A stretch of DNA of 64,000 bases. Source: Candidatus Yanofskybacteria bacterium (GTDB lineage Bacteria > Patescibacteriota > Minisyncoccia > 2-02-FULL-40-12 > IGHO2-01-FULL-4-A). The notes beneath the pieces are model-generated. The model saw only the letters and a program-made list of their open reading frames with translations. It was not told the origin of the DNA and made no database searches. Below, piece by piece: positions 10,625 to 20,926 of the stretch. The stretch spans positions 259,519 through 323,518 of the forward strand of contig JACOZV010000001.1 of assembly GCA_016181175.1 (NCBI GenBank). Direction: 5' to 3'. The position numbers and the translations under genes were made by a program. The first letter of the stretch is position 1. Each line of letters starts with the position of its first letter.

Positions 10625-11368
10625 ATGGAAAAAATGAAACCAACATTAACCGTAATAATGCCGGCCTACAATGAGCTTAAAAATCTTAGGGGGGCTTTTA
10701 TAAGCGCAACCGGGGCCCTTAAAATAGCCGGTATTTCTGATTACGAAATAATAATCATAACCAACACGAAGCGTGATGGTAGCCACGACGGTACGCCGTA
10801 TGTTGCCGAACAAATCGTGAAGGAAGATTCCAGGGTTAGGCATATTCATAACAACTCTTACGTGGGCTTGGGTTTTAAATTTAGACAAGGCATTGGAGAT
10901 GCCCGGAAGAGCTTCATAACTTGGGTGCCGGGCGATAATGAAAATATTGAGGAGTCCGTTGCCGGCATCTTCAGACATATCGGCGAAGCCGATATGATTA
11001 CCAGTTATACTTCCAACACTCAAGTCAGGAAATGGAAAAGACGTTTTGTGTCCAGATGTTTTACTGAGTTTTGTAATTTGCTGTTTGGTTTGAGATTGAA
11101 GTATTACAACGGTATTTGTATTTATCCGACGAAACTACTCCAAAAAGTGCCGACGAAGTCCGATAATTTTGCATACATGGCCGAGATTATTATTTACTTG
11201 GTCAAATCCGGAGTTAGATACAAAGAGGTTCCAATGGAAATCAAACCCACTGCAATCTCATCTTCCTTTAAGTTAAAAAGTGTTTTTGAAGCTTTGGGCA
11301 CTATCGCTTTGTTATTTTGGAATATTCATTTTAAGAGGACAAGGATTAAAATTGGTTCAATAAATTAA
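10625..11368 (+). CDS. Glycosyltransferase family 2
   Basis: VIMPAYNE, DGSHDGT, PGDNEN. Confidence 0.85.
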   Translation: MEKMKPTLTVIMPAYNELKNLRGAFISATGALKIAGISDYEIIIITNTKRDGSHDGTPYVAEQIVKEDSRVRHIHNNSYVGLGFKFRQGIGDARKSFITWVPGDNENIEESVAGIFRHIGEADMITSYTSNTQVRKWKRRFVSRCFTEFCNLLFGLRLKYYNGICIYPTKLLQKVPTKSDNFAYMAEIIIYLVKSGVRYKEVPMEIKPTAISSSFKLKSVFEALGTIALLFWNIHFKRTRIKIGSIN

Positions 11369-11431
11369 ATTCAATCGGATTATATCCGATTTTTTATTGT
11401 GAAATAATTTTGCATGTGCTAAGTTGAACTT

Positions 11432-12322
11432 ATGAATTGTATTATTTGCGGCGGAACTTCCCCGCGTTTTTTTAGGGAAAAAGATGGCTGGCAGTTAGTC
11501 GAATGTCCCAATGACGGGCTTATTTACGTTGATCCGCAGCCAACCGTGGAACAATTAACGGAATTTTATAATTCGGGAAAGTACTTTCATTCTGATGATC
11601 ATGGGGTGGGGTATAAAGATTATATCCGAGAAAAATTTTTTATAAACCTCGGGCATAAGCCAATACTTCGCAAGATTTCAAAATATTTTTCAAAGCTGAA
11701 TAAAAAAGAAGGAGCTCCACGCAAATTATTGGATGTCGGTGCCGCATATGGTTTTTTCGTTGAGTTGGCTTCAAAGTACGGGTTTGAAGCTATGGGAAAC
11801 GACATAACGCGGGAAGCGGTGGATTATGCAAAGAGCCGCAATGTAAACGTGGTTTTGGGCAAAACCAAAGAGCTTAATTTTCCGGACGGTTCTTTTGATG
11901 TTGTGACAGTTTTGGGGGTTATTGAGCATTGGTATGATCCCAAGGAAGAGTTATCGGAAATACGAAGAATTCTCAAAGTGGGGGGTCTACTAGTTGTTTT
12001 AACATTGGATACCGGAAACTTTTTAGGGAGAGGTGCGGTTAAAGTGCCGGAACACGTATTCTATTTTTCAAAAAGAAACCTAATCAGGTTTTTATCAGAT
12101 TGCGGTTTTAAAACCATTAAAACTTCAATCAACTGTACCTTTTTCAGTGTTGAAGAATTCTTCTTCCATTTATTTGGGCGTTTTTTCAAAAACGATAGTT
12201 TTGGTTGGTTGGAAAAACTCTTAGTCGGTTTGGCTCAAAAAACTCGTTTAGACAAAGTTCCTTTGCCGGTAATAGACGGCCAGATTCTTTTTATATGCCG
12301 AAAAGAAGGTAGTGCAAAATAA
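11432..12322 (+). CDS. Class I SAM-dependent methyltransferase with N-terminal Zn ribbon
   Basis: CIIC..C N-terminus, LLDVGAAYG, VIEH..P, ILKVGG. Confidence 0.85.
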   Translation: MNCIICGGTSPRFFREKDGWQLVECPNDGLIYVDPQPTVEQLTEFYNSGKYFHSDDHGVGYKDYIREKFFINLGHKPILRKISKYFSKLNKKEGAPRKLLDVGAAYGFFVELASKYGFEAMGNDITREAVDYAKSRNVNVVLGKTKELNFPDGSFDVVTVLGVIEHWYDPKEELSEIRRILKVGGLLVVLTLDTGNFLGRGAVKVPEHVFYFSKRNLIRFLSDCGFKTIKTSINCTFFSVEEFFFHLFGRFFKNDSFGWLEKLLVGLAQKTRLDKVPLPVIDGQILFICRKEGSAK

Positions 12323-12401
12323 TCCTCTTTGATTTGACCTTATTTTAGTAATGGTTTATCTTGTTTGGGTGAAAGTTCTTTTATAAAGAAGAGGATAATT
12401 T

Positions 12402-12764
12402 ATGTCGGTTGAAATAAAAAACTTAGACGGAGAAGTTGTTTTTGTTTTTCCCGGTGATTCGTTGGTTGAAGCCAATTTGAGCAATAACAAAAACTTGGGT
12501 CGGGCCGATTTTCGCGGCCAAGACATGAGAAATGTTAACCTTGGTGGCGCTCATTGCCGCGGAGCTGACTTTTCCGGTGCGGATATGTCCGGCCAGAAAA
12601 CCTGCCTAGTTTATGCGCAGTGCCAAGATGCCAAGTTTGTCGGTACCAATCTTGAAGGAGCAGACATGGAAAGAATAAACATATGCGGGGCTGACCTGAC
12701 TGGCGCCAGAAAAAATGGCGCCAGAACATCATATTGGCACTGGGATGAAGATACGAAATTTTAG
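12402..12764 (+). CDS. Pentapeptide repeat protein
   Basis: A(D/N)(L/F)xx repeats (ADFRG, ADFSG, ADMSG, ADLTG). Confidence 0.85.
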   Translation: MSVEIKNLDGEVVFVFPGDSLVEANLSNNKNLGRADFRGQDMRNVNLGGAHCRGADFSGADMSGQKTCLVYAQCQDAKFVGTNLEGADMERINICGADLTGARKNGARTSYWHWDEDTKF

Positions 12765-12769
12765 GGAGG

Positions 12770-13345
12770 GTGAAGAGAATGATAAAAATTCTGCACCGCC
12801 ATACAAGAGAATTGCTTTTTGTTTATCCTCGTGACACGTTTATCGGCCAAGACCTGCGGGGTTTCAATCTGGAGTTTGCAGACTTAAGCGGACAAGATTT
12901 AACAGAAGCAATTATGGAAGGCATGAATCTTGATGAAACCGAATTTTCTTATGCGACCTTGATTGGAGCCAAGATGGCTCGCTGTAGCTTAAGGGAAGCA
13001 ATTTTTGATAGTACCGACCTAACAGAAGCGAAACTGGATAATTGTAAATTTTCAATGACGGCCTTTGTACGAGCTGTTCTTACTCGAGCTGATTTTTCTG
13101 GTTCAGATTTTGAGGGGGTAACAAATTTTACGTACGCGATTGCTATTGGTACGAAGTTTAGGAATATTAAAAAAATTGGTTCACCAATTTTTGAAAATAT
13201 AGACTGTGGTGGCGCCGATTTTACGGGTACTGATTTAACGGTAATTTCGGAAGGCGATATTTTGGACGCAAACTTTGAGGGTGCCGTACTGGACCCGGCA
13301 TCAAAAGAATATTTGGAAAAAATTTTACGGAAGGAGATAAAATGA
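12770..13345 (+). CDS. Pentapeptide repeat protein
   Basis: ADLSG, QDLTE, TDLTE, ADFSG, ANFEG repeats. Confidence 0.85.
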   Translation: MKRMIKILHRHTRELLFVYPRDTFIGQDLRGFNLEFADLSGQDLTEAIMEGMNLDETEFSYATLIGAKMARCSLREAIFDSTDLTEAKLDNCKFSMTAFVRAVLTRADFSGSDFEGVTNFTYAIAIGTKFRNIKKIGSPIFENIDCGGADFTGTDLTVISEGDILDANFEGAVLDPASKEYLEKILRKEIK

Positions 13346-13539
13346 CCGATTCACCGTCCCCGCTTTGCGAAAACCATAAAGATACGCCCAAGCTAGAAGA
13401 TTCGGTAAAAATAAAATGCCGTATGTGTTCAACGGGTGATCCCGATTCACTTCGTGATTCATTTTATGAGGATGCCCAGCTTTGTCAGGAATGTCATGAC
13501 AACACGCAGTTCTGTATTATCTGCCAAGAACCCATCTAA
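13342..13539 (+). CDS. Small Cys-rich putative Zn-binding protein
   Basis: CENH, CRMC, CQEC, CIIC; AAGGAG RBS; overlaps the upstream stop (ATGA). Confidence 0.6.
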   Translation: MTDSPSPLCENHKDTPKLEDSVKIKCRMCSTGDPDSLRDSFYEDAQLCQECHDNTQFCIICQEPI

Positions 13540-13577
13540 ATAGGACTTACGCGCATAGTCCTATGTAGGTCCAAATT

Positions 13578-13615
13578 AAAAACCCTAGCTTAATCTAATT
13601 AGCTAGGGTGTTTTT
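13578..13615. terminator. Bidirectional intrinsic terminator
   Basis: ACCCTAGCT/AGCTAGGGT stem with A and T tails between convergent genes. Confidence 0.65.
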
Positions 13616-13619
13616 GTGT

Positions 13620-15290
13620 TTAAACAACGTCTTTAGGCTTTTCTTTGGAGTCAATTTGATCCTTTTGATGTTTGGCGGCTTCTTTCATGCCGGCCCGGAT
13701 ATTATCTAAAGGACTCGCGGGAAAAAGGCGCGGGAAAAAGGTTTTGGCGGCATAGCCCACATTTCTTAAGAACGAACCGTCGCCAATAGATTTTTTTATT
13801 TTCCAGAAAGCGTATCCGGGATTGTGAAGCGGTGAGTAAAATTCGCGATAAAACTTATTATACCAAGCCCGTAAAACTTCGGGTGTTAACTCTGGGTTGG
13901 GATGGCGGAACATGCCTTCTGCCCGATGAATATTATACAGGTCCCAACGTTCACTTAGAATTAATCCGGCTCGTTTCCAATCTTTGAATGCTCGAGTATC
14001 GGGAAAGGGAGTAAATATTGTCGCCTTGGCGAAATCTGGCCGCAACTTTTTGGCAAAATCAATAGTTTTTTGCATTGACCTTGGAGTGTCCTTAGGCGCT
14101 CCGATCATGAAAAAACCGATGGTCTCGACATTAAATTCTTTTAGCAATTTCATACATTCAATGGATTTATCTAGACTTAATGATTTTTGAATAGAATCCA
14201 GCGCGTCTTGGTCGCCTGATTCAAAGCCGGCGCCAAGAGAGTAAAGTCCGGTGCGGGTAGCTAGATCTAAGAATTCTCTGTCTATTCGGTCGGCCCGGAC
14301 TCCATTACCTAGATTTATCGCAAAATGGAGGCCGTGCTCTAACATTTTTTGATGAATGATTTTACCTCTTTTCACGTTGGTTAAATACTGATCGTCGGTA
14401 ATTCTTAATTCTTTGATATTTCTGAATTTGAAATACTTCATCAGTTCAATAACCTTATCCGGACTGAATACCCGATACGCATCTTCGGCTGAACAAAAAT
14501 TGCAATGAAATGGGCAACCGCGGCTGGTCTCAAAACCAATCCAGGGGTGTTCGTGAGCAAGAAGTCTTGGCATTTTGTAAAGATAGTAGGGATACAAGTC
14601 CAAATCCAATGGTGGCAGGTCATCCATTGTCAGAAATTTCCTGGGCGGGGTTTCTAGAACCTCCAATTTAACACTTTGTTCGGGCGGGTACATTGCGTCC
14701 AGAGCAACATAATAAGCAAGCTCGCCAGTCGAGAGGCGACGAATTATTTCATCAGTTGTTGTTTTGATGCTCCGATCATCTTCGCCAGTTCGATAAAATA
14801 CACCCCTAACATCCTTAATTGGCATACCAGAGCAGATATCAGCTAAAGTAGCCTCGCCTTCACCCTTAACGACAACATCGCACAGCGTCTCGCTAAGAGC
14901 TTCACTGGCCAAATTAGATGCGTGAACTCCGCCATGAATCAAAACTAATTCCGGACCCAAAACTTCTTTGGCGATAATGCCGGCTAATTTTGTACTAAAA
15001 AATGATGGCGTTACTACCATTAAGCCCAAATATTTAGGACGTTCCTCAAGCAGAAATCTCTTATAAGTGTGCCAAGCTAATTCTAGCTCAATTATGCCCA
15101 TATCTATCACGCAAGTCTTAAAACCCTTAAGATTAAGTTTTAGATAAGCCGATAACCATTGATAGGCCTGAATTGGAAACACCTGGGTCGCTGCATTAAT
15201 ACGGGTTCCAGTATAAGCGGTAAATATCTCTGGCATAACCGCAAAAGCGATTTTACGTTCATCCAGAACCGGATAGTTCTTTTTATTCAT
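13620..15290 (-). CDS. Cobalamin-binding (class B) radical SAM protein
   Basis: GGVHAS, GEGE, TSRGCPFHCNFC, GFESG, FMIG, PFPDT. Confidence 0.9.
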   Translation of the reverse strand: MNKKNYPVLDERKIAFAVMPEIFTAYTGTRINAATQVFPIQAYQWLSAYLKLNLKGFKTCVIDMGIIELELAWHTYKRFLLEERPKYLGLMVVTPSFFSTKLAGIIAKEVLGPELVLIHGGVHASNLASEALSETLCDVVVKGEGEATLADICSGMPIKDVRGVFYRTGEDDRSIKTTTDEIIRRLSTGELAYYVALDAMYPPEQSVKLEVLETPPRKFLTMDDLPPLDLDLYPYYLYKMPRLLAHEHPWIGFETSRGCPFHCNFCSAEDAYRVFSPDKVIELMKYFKFRNIKELRITDDQYLTNVKRGKIIHQKMLEHGLHFAINLGNGVRADRIDREFLDLATRTGLYSLGAGFESGDQDALDSIQKSLSLDKSIECMKLLKEFNVETIGFFMIGAPKDTPRSMQKTIDFAKKLRPDFAKATIFTPFPDTRAFKDWKRAGLILSERWDLYNIHRAEGMFRHPNPELTPEVLRAWYNKFYREFYSPLHNPGYAFWKIKKSIGDGSFLRNVGYAAKTFFPRLFPASPLDNIRAGMKEAAKHQKDQIDSKEKPKDVV

Positions 15291-15422
15291 CAGTTCTTCT
15301 CCCTGAAGATTTGTTCGTTTTTTAAAGTTCGTATGAATAATTTTAACCTAAATACGGTGGTTGTCAATCTGTTGTGTAGGTAACATTTTCTATGTTAAGT
15401 TTTTATCAATGTAATTTTTATT

Positions 15423-17927
15423 ATGAATAATAAACTTAAAATATTTTTTGTGAGAAAAAACATTACACGTTTTTTTATTTTTTTAACGCCCGTAATAATT
15501 ACACTGGTTTTAATCGGCCCTACTCTTTGGGGCGGCAAGGTGTTTTTGGATTCCGCGCATTCTACGGTTCAATATTCGGCCCTGTTTTCCCTAAAGAGTT
15601 CTCTTAATTCCGGTGTATGGTTTCCGGTTTGGATTTCCCAATGGACAAGCGGATTTTCCCTCTGGCTACTTCCGGCGAATTTCGGGCTATTAAACCCGCT
15701 CCATATTATTCTGACTAAATTTTTAGATTTTGCTTTGGCGTCCCATATTCTTACCCTTTTTTATTTTATAGCCGGATTTTATGCGGCATATTTTTTGGGC
15801 AGGGCGTTGAGTTTATCCAGGGCTGCCTCCCTTATTGTCGCTCTAGCTTATGCTTTTAACAGTTTTAATGTTTGGTGGGGGCTTCTCCTTTCCTTTTCGT
15901 TTCTCTATTTTCTTTTGCCTTTTTTGTTTTTGACGTTGCTTAAGGCTTATCGGGGTGAGCGCAAGTTTATATATTGGTCGGCCCTTTTTATTTTTTTGGC
16001 TTGGCCGTTCGCTCTGCCCCAGATATTTTTATACTCGCTTATTGCGACATTTGCTTTTGCTTTGTATTTAGACTTTGCCAAACGTACGGAAGGTTTAGTT
16101 CAGAAACGCTGGCTGGCCATTAAAAGTTTTTTTTACTTTATCATCCCCGGCACTTTTTTGGCTCTCATTTGGTTGCTTCCGGTTTATGATTTTATTCAGC
16201 TTTCTTCCAGAGCCGGAGGTCTTGCTTTAGAGGCGGCAGGAGAAGGACGGCTTCTACCTTGGGATCTCATTTTTTCATATATCTATCCGTCTTTTTCAAT
16301 GCCCAAACTTATCCGCGAACATTTTTTATATATCGGTATTTTACCTTTTGCTTTAGCCATTTTTTCTTTGGTAAATTTTAGAAAAGACCGGCTGGTTAGA
16401 TTTTTTTTCATCGGTTATATTTTTATTATCTCTGCTTTATTTCCCGGTTCGCCTGTTTGGAGATTATTTAACATTACTCCGGTGCTTAATCTTTTCCGAG
16501 TGCCCCTGCAGTTACTTTTCGTGGGAAATTTTTTCTTGGCGATACTTGCTGGATTCGGTTTAGACGGATTGTCGGAAAACAAAACAATCTCGTATCTAAG
16601 GTTTTTCAAAAATTATGTCCGGGGATTGAAAATAATGGTTATATTTGGACTTGCGACGGCAATGGTTATAGCATTGATTATGAAGTTTTACAGGTCTAAC
16701 CTGCAAAATTTCGGTTATAATTATTTTGTTGAAAACTTGTTGCAATATACAAAATACCGTCCCTTGGAGCACTACTATGCCTTAATCAACGGATATTTTG
16801 ATAAGTTTTCTTGGCACGTATCTTTTCTAAATCCATATTTTTTGACCGCACTGTTTACGTTGAGTGCGGTTTTCGCCCTATTTTATTTTTACAGTCGGGG
16901 CAAACTTACATTTAACAACTTTAAAATAATCGCCGTTATTATTACTGTTCTTGATTTACTTTTCGTTTGGCGTGGCCACTACAGATTTATGCCCAGGGAT
17001 TGGTTAGACCCGGCTCCGGCGGCGGTATTTCTGAATTCAAGGGATAAAGAACCATTTAGGATTTATGTCATTTCCGAAGGGTATTTAGAGCTGGAAAAAA
17101 TGGGCTATGATAAATACGACCTCTCTAATTACAAAAAAGATATGCTTTTTAAACGGAGCCGGATGCTTGGTTTTGGATTAAACGGCGTATCTGGCATACA
17201 AGGTGAAATAACGATGCTTGATACGCGCCGTTATGCCAAAATTATAGATCTTATTACAGATTCAGACGACGGAAGGAGAATAGAACTTTCAACCGCTGAC
17301 AGAATTAAAGCATGGCAATCTTTGCAAAACAGAAATTTGCTTTCAATGATGAATGTAAAATACATTATTTCATCCTTTGACTTTAAGATGCCATGGAAAA
17401 AGATATTTGAAACCAAACCGGTTGAGGACGAGAAAATTATGACTTATGTTTATGAAAATACCGAAGTTTTGCCTAGGGTCTATTTTGCTAATAATGCAAG
17501 TTTTGCAGAACCAGACGAGTCCAGCACCAGTTTAGCCAAGGCCAAACTGGTGCTGGACGAGGCCAAAGCTTTTGACGCGTTACTGGCTATTAAAAACTTT
17601 AAGAACACAACGCTTGTTGAATGTGCGAGCGGGGATTGCGCTTATTCGGGCCAGCCGAATTTCAAAGATAGTCTGGAAATCATTGAAAAAAAAGAAGGCT
17701 ATTTAAAAGTTAAAACGCAAACCAAAAATCCAAGATATTTAGTTTATTCGGAGTCTAATTTGCCGTATTGGGAGGCGAGGATTGATGGGAAAATGTCCCC
17801 GATTCTTATGGCAAATTACGCGTATCAGGCGGTTTTGGTTCCACCGGGGGAGCATTTAGTGGAATTTCAGTATCCCGGCCCAATTACGCAGTTTAAGTAC
17901 TCACTCAAAAAACTGCTTGATTTCTAG
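15423..17927 (+). CDS. YfhO-like polytopic membrane glycosyltransferase (GT-C)
   Basis: Many TM helices; C-terminal W.A.IDG..ANYAYQAV.VP.GEH.VEF.Y motif. Confidence 0.8.
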   Translation: MNNKLKIFFVRKNITRFFIFLTPVIITLVLIGPTLWGGKVFLDSAHSTVQYSALFSLKSSLNSGVWFPVWISQWTSGFSLWLLPANFGLLNPLHIILTKFLDFALASHILTLFYFIAGFYAAYFLGRALSLSRAASLIVALAYAFNSFNVWWGLLLSFSFLYFLLPFLFLTLLKAYRGERKFIYWSALFIFLAWPFALPQIFLYSLIATFAFALYLDFAKRTEGLVQKRWLAIKSFFYFIIPGTFLALIWLLPVYDFIQLSSRAGGLALEAAGEGRLLPWDLIFSYIYPSFSMPKLIREHFLYIGILPFALAIFSLVNFRKDRLVRFFFIGYIFIISALFPGSPVWRLFNITPVLNLFRVPLQLLFVGNFFLAILAGFGLDGLSENKTISYLRFFKNYVRGLKIMVIFGLATAMVIALIMKFYRSNLQNFGYNYFVENLLQYTKYRPLEHYYALINGYFDKFSWHVSFLNPYFLTALFTLSAVFALFYFYSRGKLTFNNFKIIAVIITVLDLLFVWRGHYRFMPRDWLDPAPAAVFLNSRDKEPFRIYVISEGYLELEKMGYDKYDLSNYKKDMLFKRSRMLGFGLNGVSGIQGEITMLDTRRYAKIIDLITDSDDGRRIELSTADRIKAWQSLQNRNLLSMMNVKYIISSFDFKMPWKKIFETKPVEDEKIMTYVYENTEVLPRVYFANNASFAEPDESSTSLAKAKLVLDEAKAFDALLAIKNFKNTTLVECASGDCAYSGQPNFKDSLEIIEKKEGYLKVKTQTKNPRYLVYSESNLPYWEARIDGKMSPILMANYAYQAVLVPPGEHLVEFQYPGPITQFKYSLKKLLDF
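17519..17558. mobile_element. Family D 40-bp palindrome inserted in frame, with GA duplication
   Basis: GTCCAGCACCAGTTT/AAACTGGTGCTGGAC; GA on both sides; net +42 nt; related copy in secD. Confidence 0.75.
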
Positions 17928-17928
17928 T

Positions 17929-18099
17929 TCTAAAAGCTTGGCAAATACTGCCTTCTATCACCGCTAGCAACCCCAGCGAGATTGCGTCGCTCCGTTGAAA
18001 GCGTGGATTCGCCTCGCAGTTCAACCATTATACTGCTCGGTGACCGTGCAATCCACCCTTTCAACGGTGCTATAAAGCAGTATTTGCCAAGCTTTTAGA
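17929..18099 (+). repeat. Family E element (E4) with 23-bp perfect outer inverted repeat
   Basis: TCTAAAAGCTTGGCAAATACTGC and reverse complement; CTATCACC..CCAGCGA..ACCGTGC..ACGGTGCTAT core. Confidence 0.85.
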
Positions 18100-18147
18100 C
18101 TTGACATGTAATGTGTCCGCATATTAAATTTTATATTACTTAATGCC

Positions 18148-18930
18148 ATGAAAAATTCTATTAATAAAATGTCTATGAGAAAAAACCCAATTTGTCCATT
18201 TGGGGATTTAGCTTGGAAAAAATACTATTGGTTTTATCCCAGGCGCACCCCGCATTATGAAAAAAGTTATTGGGGAGAGGCGGTAGATCCCGATGGAAAC
18301 AAAAGAAATCTTCTGAAAGAGTGGGACCAGCAGGTTAAAAACCGTAAGCATATAGCCGGATTTTTGAAACAGGTAAAACCGGGCAGGATACTTGATATCG
18401 GCTGCGGTCCCGGGTTTTTGTTGTCGGTTTTAGACAAAAAATGGGATAAATACGGGACCGATATTTCCAAGTCCAAAACGGCTCTAGATATCTGTTCTAA
18501 ATACGCGCGGGTTTATCAGGGTGAATTGCCGCGCATTAATTTTAATAAAAAATATTTTGATGTTGTGGTTTTGAATCATGTGATAGAACAGTTGCCTAAG
18601 CCACTCGAATATATTAAAGAAATAAAAAGAATACTTAAAAAAGGCGGCGTCTTAATTATAGAAACTCCTGATTTTGATTCCGGCTGTGCGAGGAGATTCA
18701 AAAAAAATTTCCGCCTGCTTCATGATTCGGATCATGTCAGTTTATTCACTTCGTTTTCCTTGGTAAAGATGCTGGAAGATTATGGTTTTGAAATAATGCG
18801 TGTTGAATATCCATTTTTTGATTCCGCTTACTTTACGAAGGAAAACCTTCTTCGCCTATTTGATAATAAAAAAGTTTCCCCGCCCTTTTACGGCAACAAT
18901 ATTTTTGTTTGTTCACGACTCACCCGGTAA
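18148..18930 (+). CDS. Class I SAM-dependent methyltransferase
   Basis: ILDIGCGPG, HVIEQ, ILKKGG..ETP. Confidence 0.85.
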   Translation: MKNSINKMSMRKNPICPFGDLAWKKYYWFYPRRTPHYEKSYWGEAVDPDGNKRNLLKEWDQQVKNRKHIAGFLKQVKPGRILDIGCGPGFLLSVLDKKWDKYGTDISKSKTALDICSKYARVYQGELPRINFNKKYFDVVVLNHVIEQLPKPLEYIKEIKRILKKGGVLIIETPDFDSGCARRFKKNFRLLHDSDHVSLFTSFSLVKMLEDYGFEIMRVEYPFFDSAYFTKENLLRLFDNKKVSPPFYGNNIFVCSRLTR

Positions 18931-19011
18931 CGCATAATACCCTTGACGTAAGTTAGTTTGTTTTGTAATTTGAAATTAAGACAGCACCTTGTCAATAAAA
19001 CAGGAGAAAGA

Positions 19012-20064
19012 ATGCCATTTCCGAAGCTTGATCCTAAAAAAGTCCGACAGCTTCCGCTTTCCATGCGTCGGGATAAAATGACCTTTCAGAAAATAAAGTA
19101 TTTGGACGAGCCGGTGCCATCAATTAACAGCCCCGAAGTCCAACAAGAAATTAACGGCCTGGCCAAGAAAATTGCCGAGGCGCACAGGAATAACCGTCCA
19201 GTTATTTGGATGACAGGAGACCACGTCACTTTGAGGCGCGGTAACCAGCGCTATCTTATAGATTTGATGGAACGAGGCATAGTAACCCATCTTGCAGGAA
19301 ATGGTGCCGTTCCAATACACGATTTTGAGCTCGCGCTTATCGGCTCAACACTTGAAGACGTTGAATTTTATATCCGCGATGGCAAGTTTGGAAACTGGGA
19401 CGAAGTCGGTTTTGCAATCAATGAAGCGGCCAAATGGGCTGCTGAATTCAAGTGGGGTTTTGGCGAAACAATCGGCTGGATGATAGAAAATGACCGTTTT
19501 GACTTCAAGTTCCCGCACAAGGATATAAGTATTTTTGCCGCGGCTCATCGTTTGGGAATTCCGGCTACGGTACATGTTCTTATTGGCGCCGACATTGTTC
19601 ACCAGCATCCGAATATGGACGGCGCGGCTACTGGCCAGGCAACTTACACAGATTTACTTATTTTTGCTCGCGCGCTTAGAAATCTTGAAGGCGGGGTATT
19701 TTTAAACCTTGGCACGGCGGTTCACGGGCCTGAAGTATATCTCAAGGCCTTGTCTATGGCCAGAAACGTTGAGCTTCAAGAGGGCCGTGAAAATATTTTG
19801 AATTTTACCACGGCAGTTTTTGACATTTTGGATTTGGGTAACTGGCGTGAGTCACGAAAAGAGATTTACGACTGGCGTCGCGATATGAAAGCCATGGATA
19901 ATGGAGATAAAGAAAATCTTGACTCCAGATATTATTTTCGTCCCGGAAAAACTATTTTAACTCGCACGGTTGCCGGAGGATTCGGACAAAGCTTTTATAT
20001 AAGAGGCGATTGCGGTATTACCGTGCCGAATCTTTATCAGAGCATTATGAAAGAATTGGGATAA
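19012..20064 (+). CDS. Conserved protein with deoxyhypusine-synthase-like fold, function unknown
   Basis: GNGA..IHDFE, TVHV.IG.DI.HQHP, G.AV.GPEVYLKALSMARN; AGGAG RBS before the ATG at 19012. Confidence 0.55.
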   Translation: MPFPKLDPKKVRQLPLSMRRDKMTFQKIKYLDEPVPSINSPEVQQEINGLAKKIAEAHRNNRPVIWMTGDHVTLRRGNQRYLIDLMERGIVTHLAGNGAVPIHDFELALIGSTLEDVEFYIRDGKFGNWDEVGFAINEAAKWAAEFKWGFGETIGWMIENDRFDFKFPHKDISIFAAAHRLGIPATVHVLIGADIVHQHPNMDGAATGQATYTDLLIFARALRNLEGGVFLNLGTAVHGPEVYLKALSMARNVELQEGRENILNFTTAVFDILDLGNWRESRKEIYDWRRDMKAMDNGDKENLDSRYYFRPGKTILTRTVAGGFGQSFYIRGDCGITVPNLYQSIMKELG

Positions 20065-20211
20065 ACTGCAACATAATAAATTTGACAAGGTAGCGGCGCG
20101 AATTATCACGCCGTTTTTATTTACGCATAAACCACTTGGTCAACTAACTATTTTAAAAATCTTAAAGATTGCCATTGGCTCAGAAAATAAAACTATGTTA
20201 TTAATCTAATT

Positions 20212-20796
20212 ATGACCAGAGATAAATTTTTTGAGATAATAGACAAGAAGATGGGCTTTGAAGGTAGAGAGCAGATAGAATGGGCTTATGTGTTGGCTAA
20301 ACAATTTCATAGAGAGCAGGTACGGGATGAGGGTGTAAGATATTTTGAGCATTGTCGTGACGTGGCCCTTATTTTGATAAAGTATGGACCGACTAATCCC
20401 GATGAATTAATTGTCGGACTTTTGCATGATGTTTATGAAGATCAGTTTGTTCCCAGGGGCATGATAAGGCAACTTTTCGGTAATGAAGTTGACGAAGCTC
20501 TGAAGGCTTTATCTCACGAAAAGCTATTCTACAAAAGTCACGGTAAAATTACCAAAACACCAGAAAATAAAAAAGAATATTTTGATTCAATTAAACGTGG
20601 TTCTATTCTAATAAGAAGGGTAAAACTTGCCGATAGATTACACAATCTTTTAACCCTGGAGTTCTGTAAACCAGAGAAACGAATTAGAAAAATTAAAGAA
20701 ACAATGGCGCATATTTTACCGATAGCCCAAGAGACAGACTTGAGGTTTTTAAAAGCCATTAAAAATAGATGCGACTATTGGGAGCGTAAGTCTTAA
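20212..20796 (+). CDS. RelA/SpoT-type HD hydrolase (small alarmone hydrolase, Mesh1-like)
   Basis: H..Q.R..G..YFEH, LLHDVYED, VKLADRLHNL; no synthetase domain. Confidence 0.85.
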   Translation: MTRDKFFEIIDKKMGFEGREQIEWAYVLAKQFHREQVRDEGVRYFEHCRDVALILIKYGPTNPDELIVGLLHDVYEDQFVPRGMIRQLFGNEVDEALKALSHEKLFYKSHGKITKTPENKKEYFDSIKRGSILIRRVKLADRLHNLLTLEFCKPEKRIRKIKETMAHILPIAQETDLRFLKAIKNRCDYWERKS

Positions 20797-20926
20797 ATAC
20801 CAAATATGTTTTCCTTGACACATAACAGACCAATATGTTAACCTATTTATGTTGTTGGAGAGCCATAAAAAGCCCCAGCAAATTGGTCTTTTTCAATTAA
20901 ATTGAATAGAGGAAGGAGAAGTTAAA

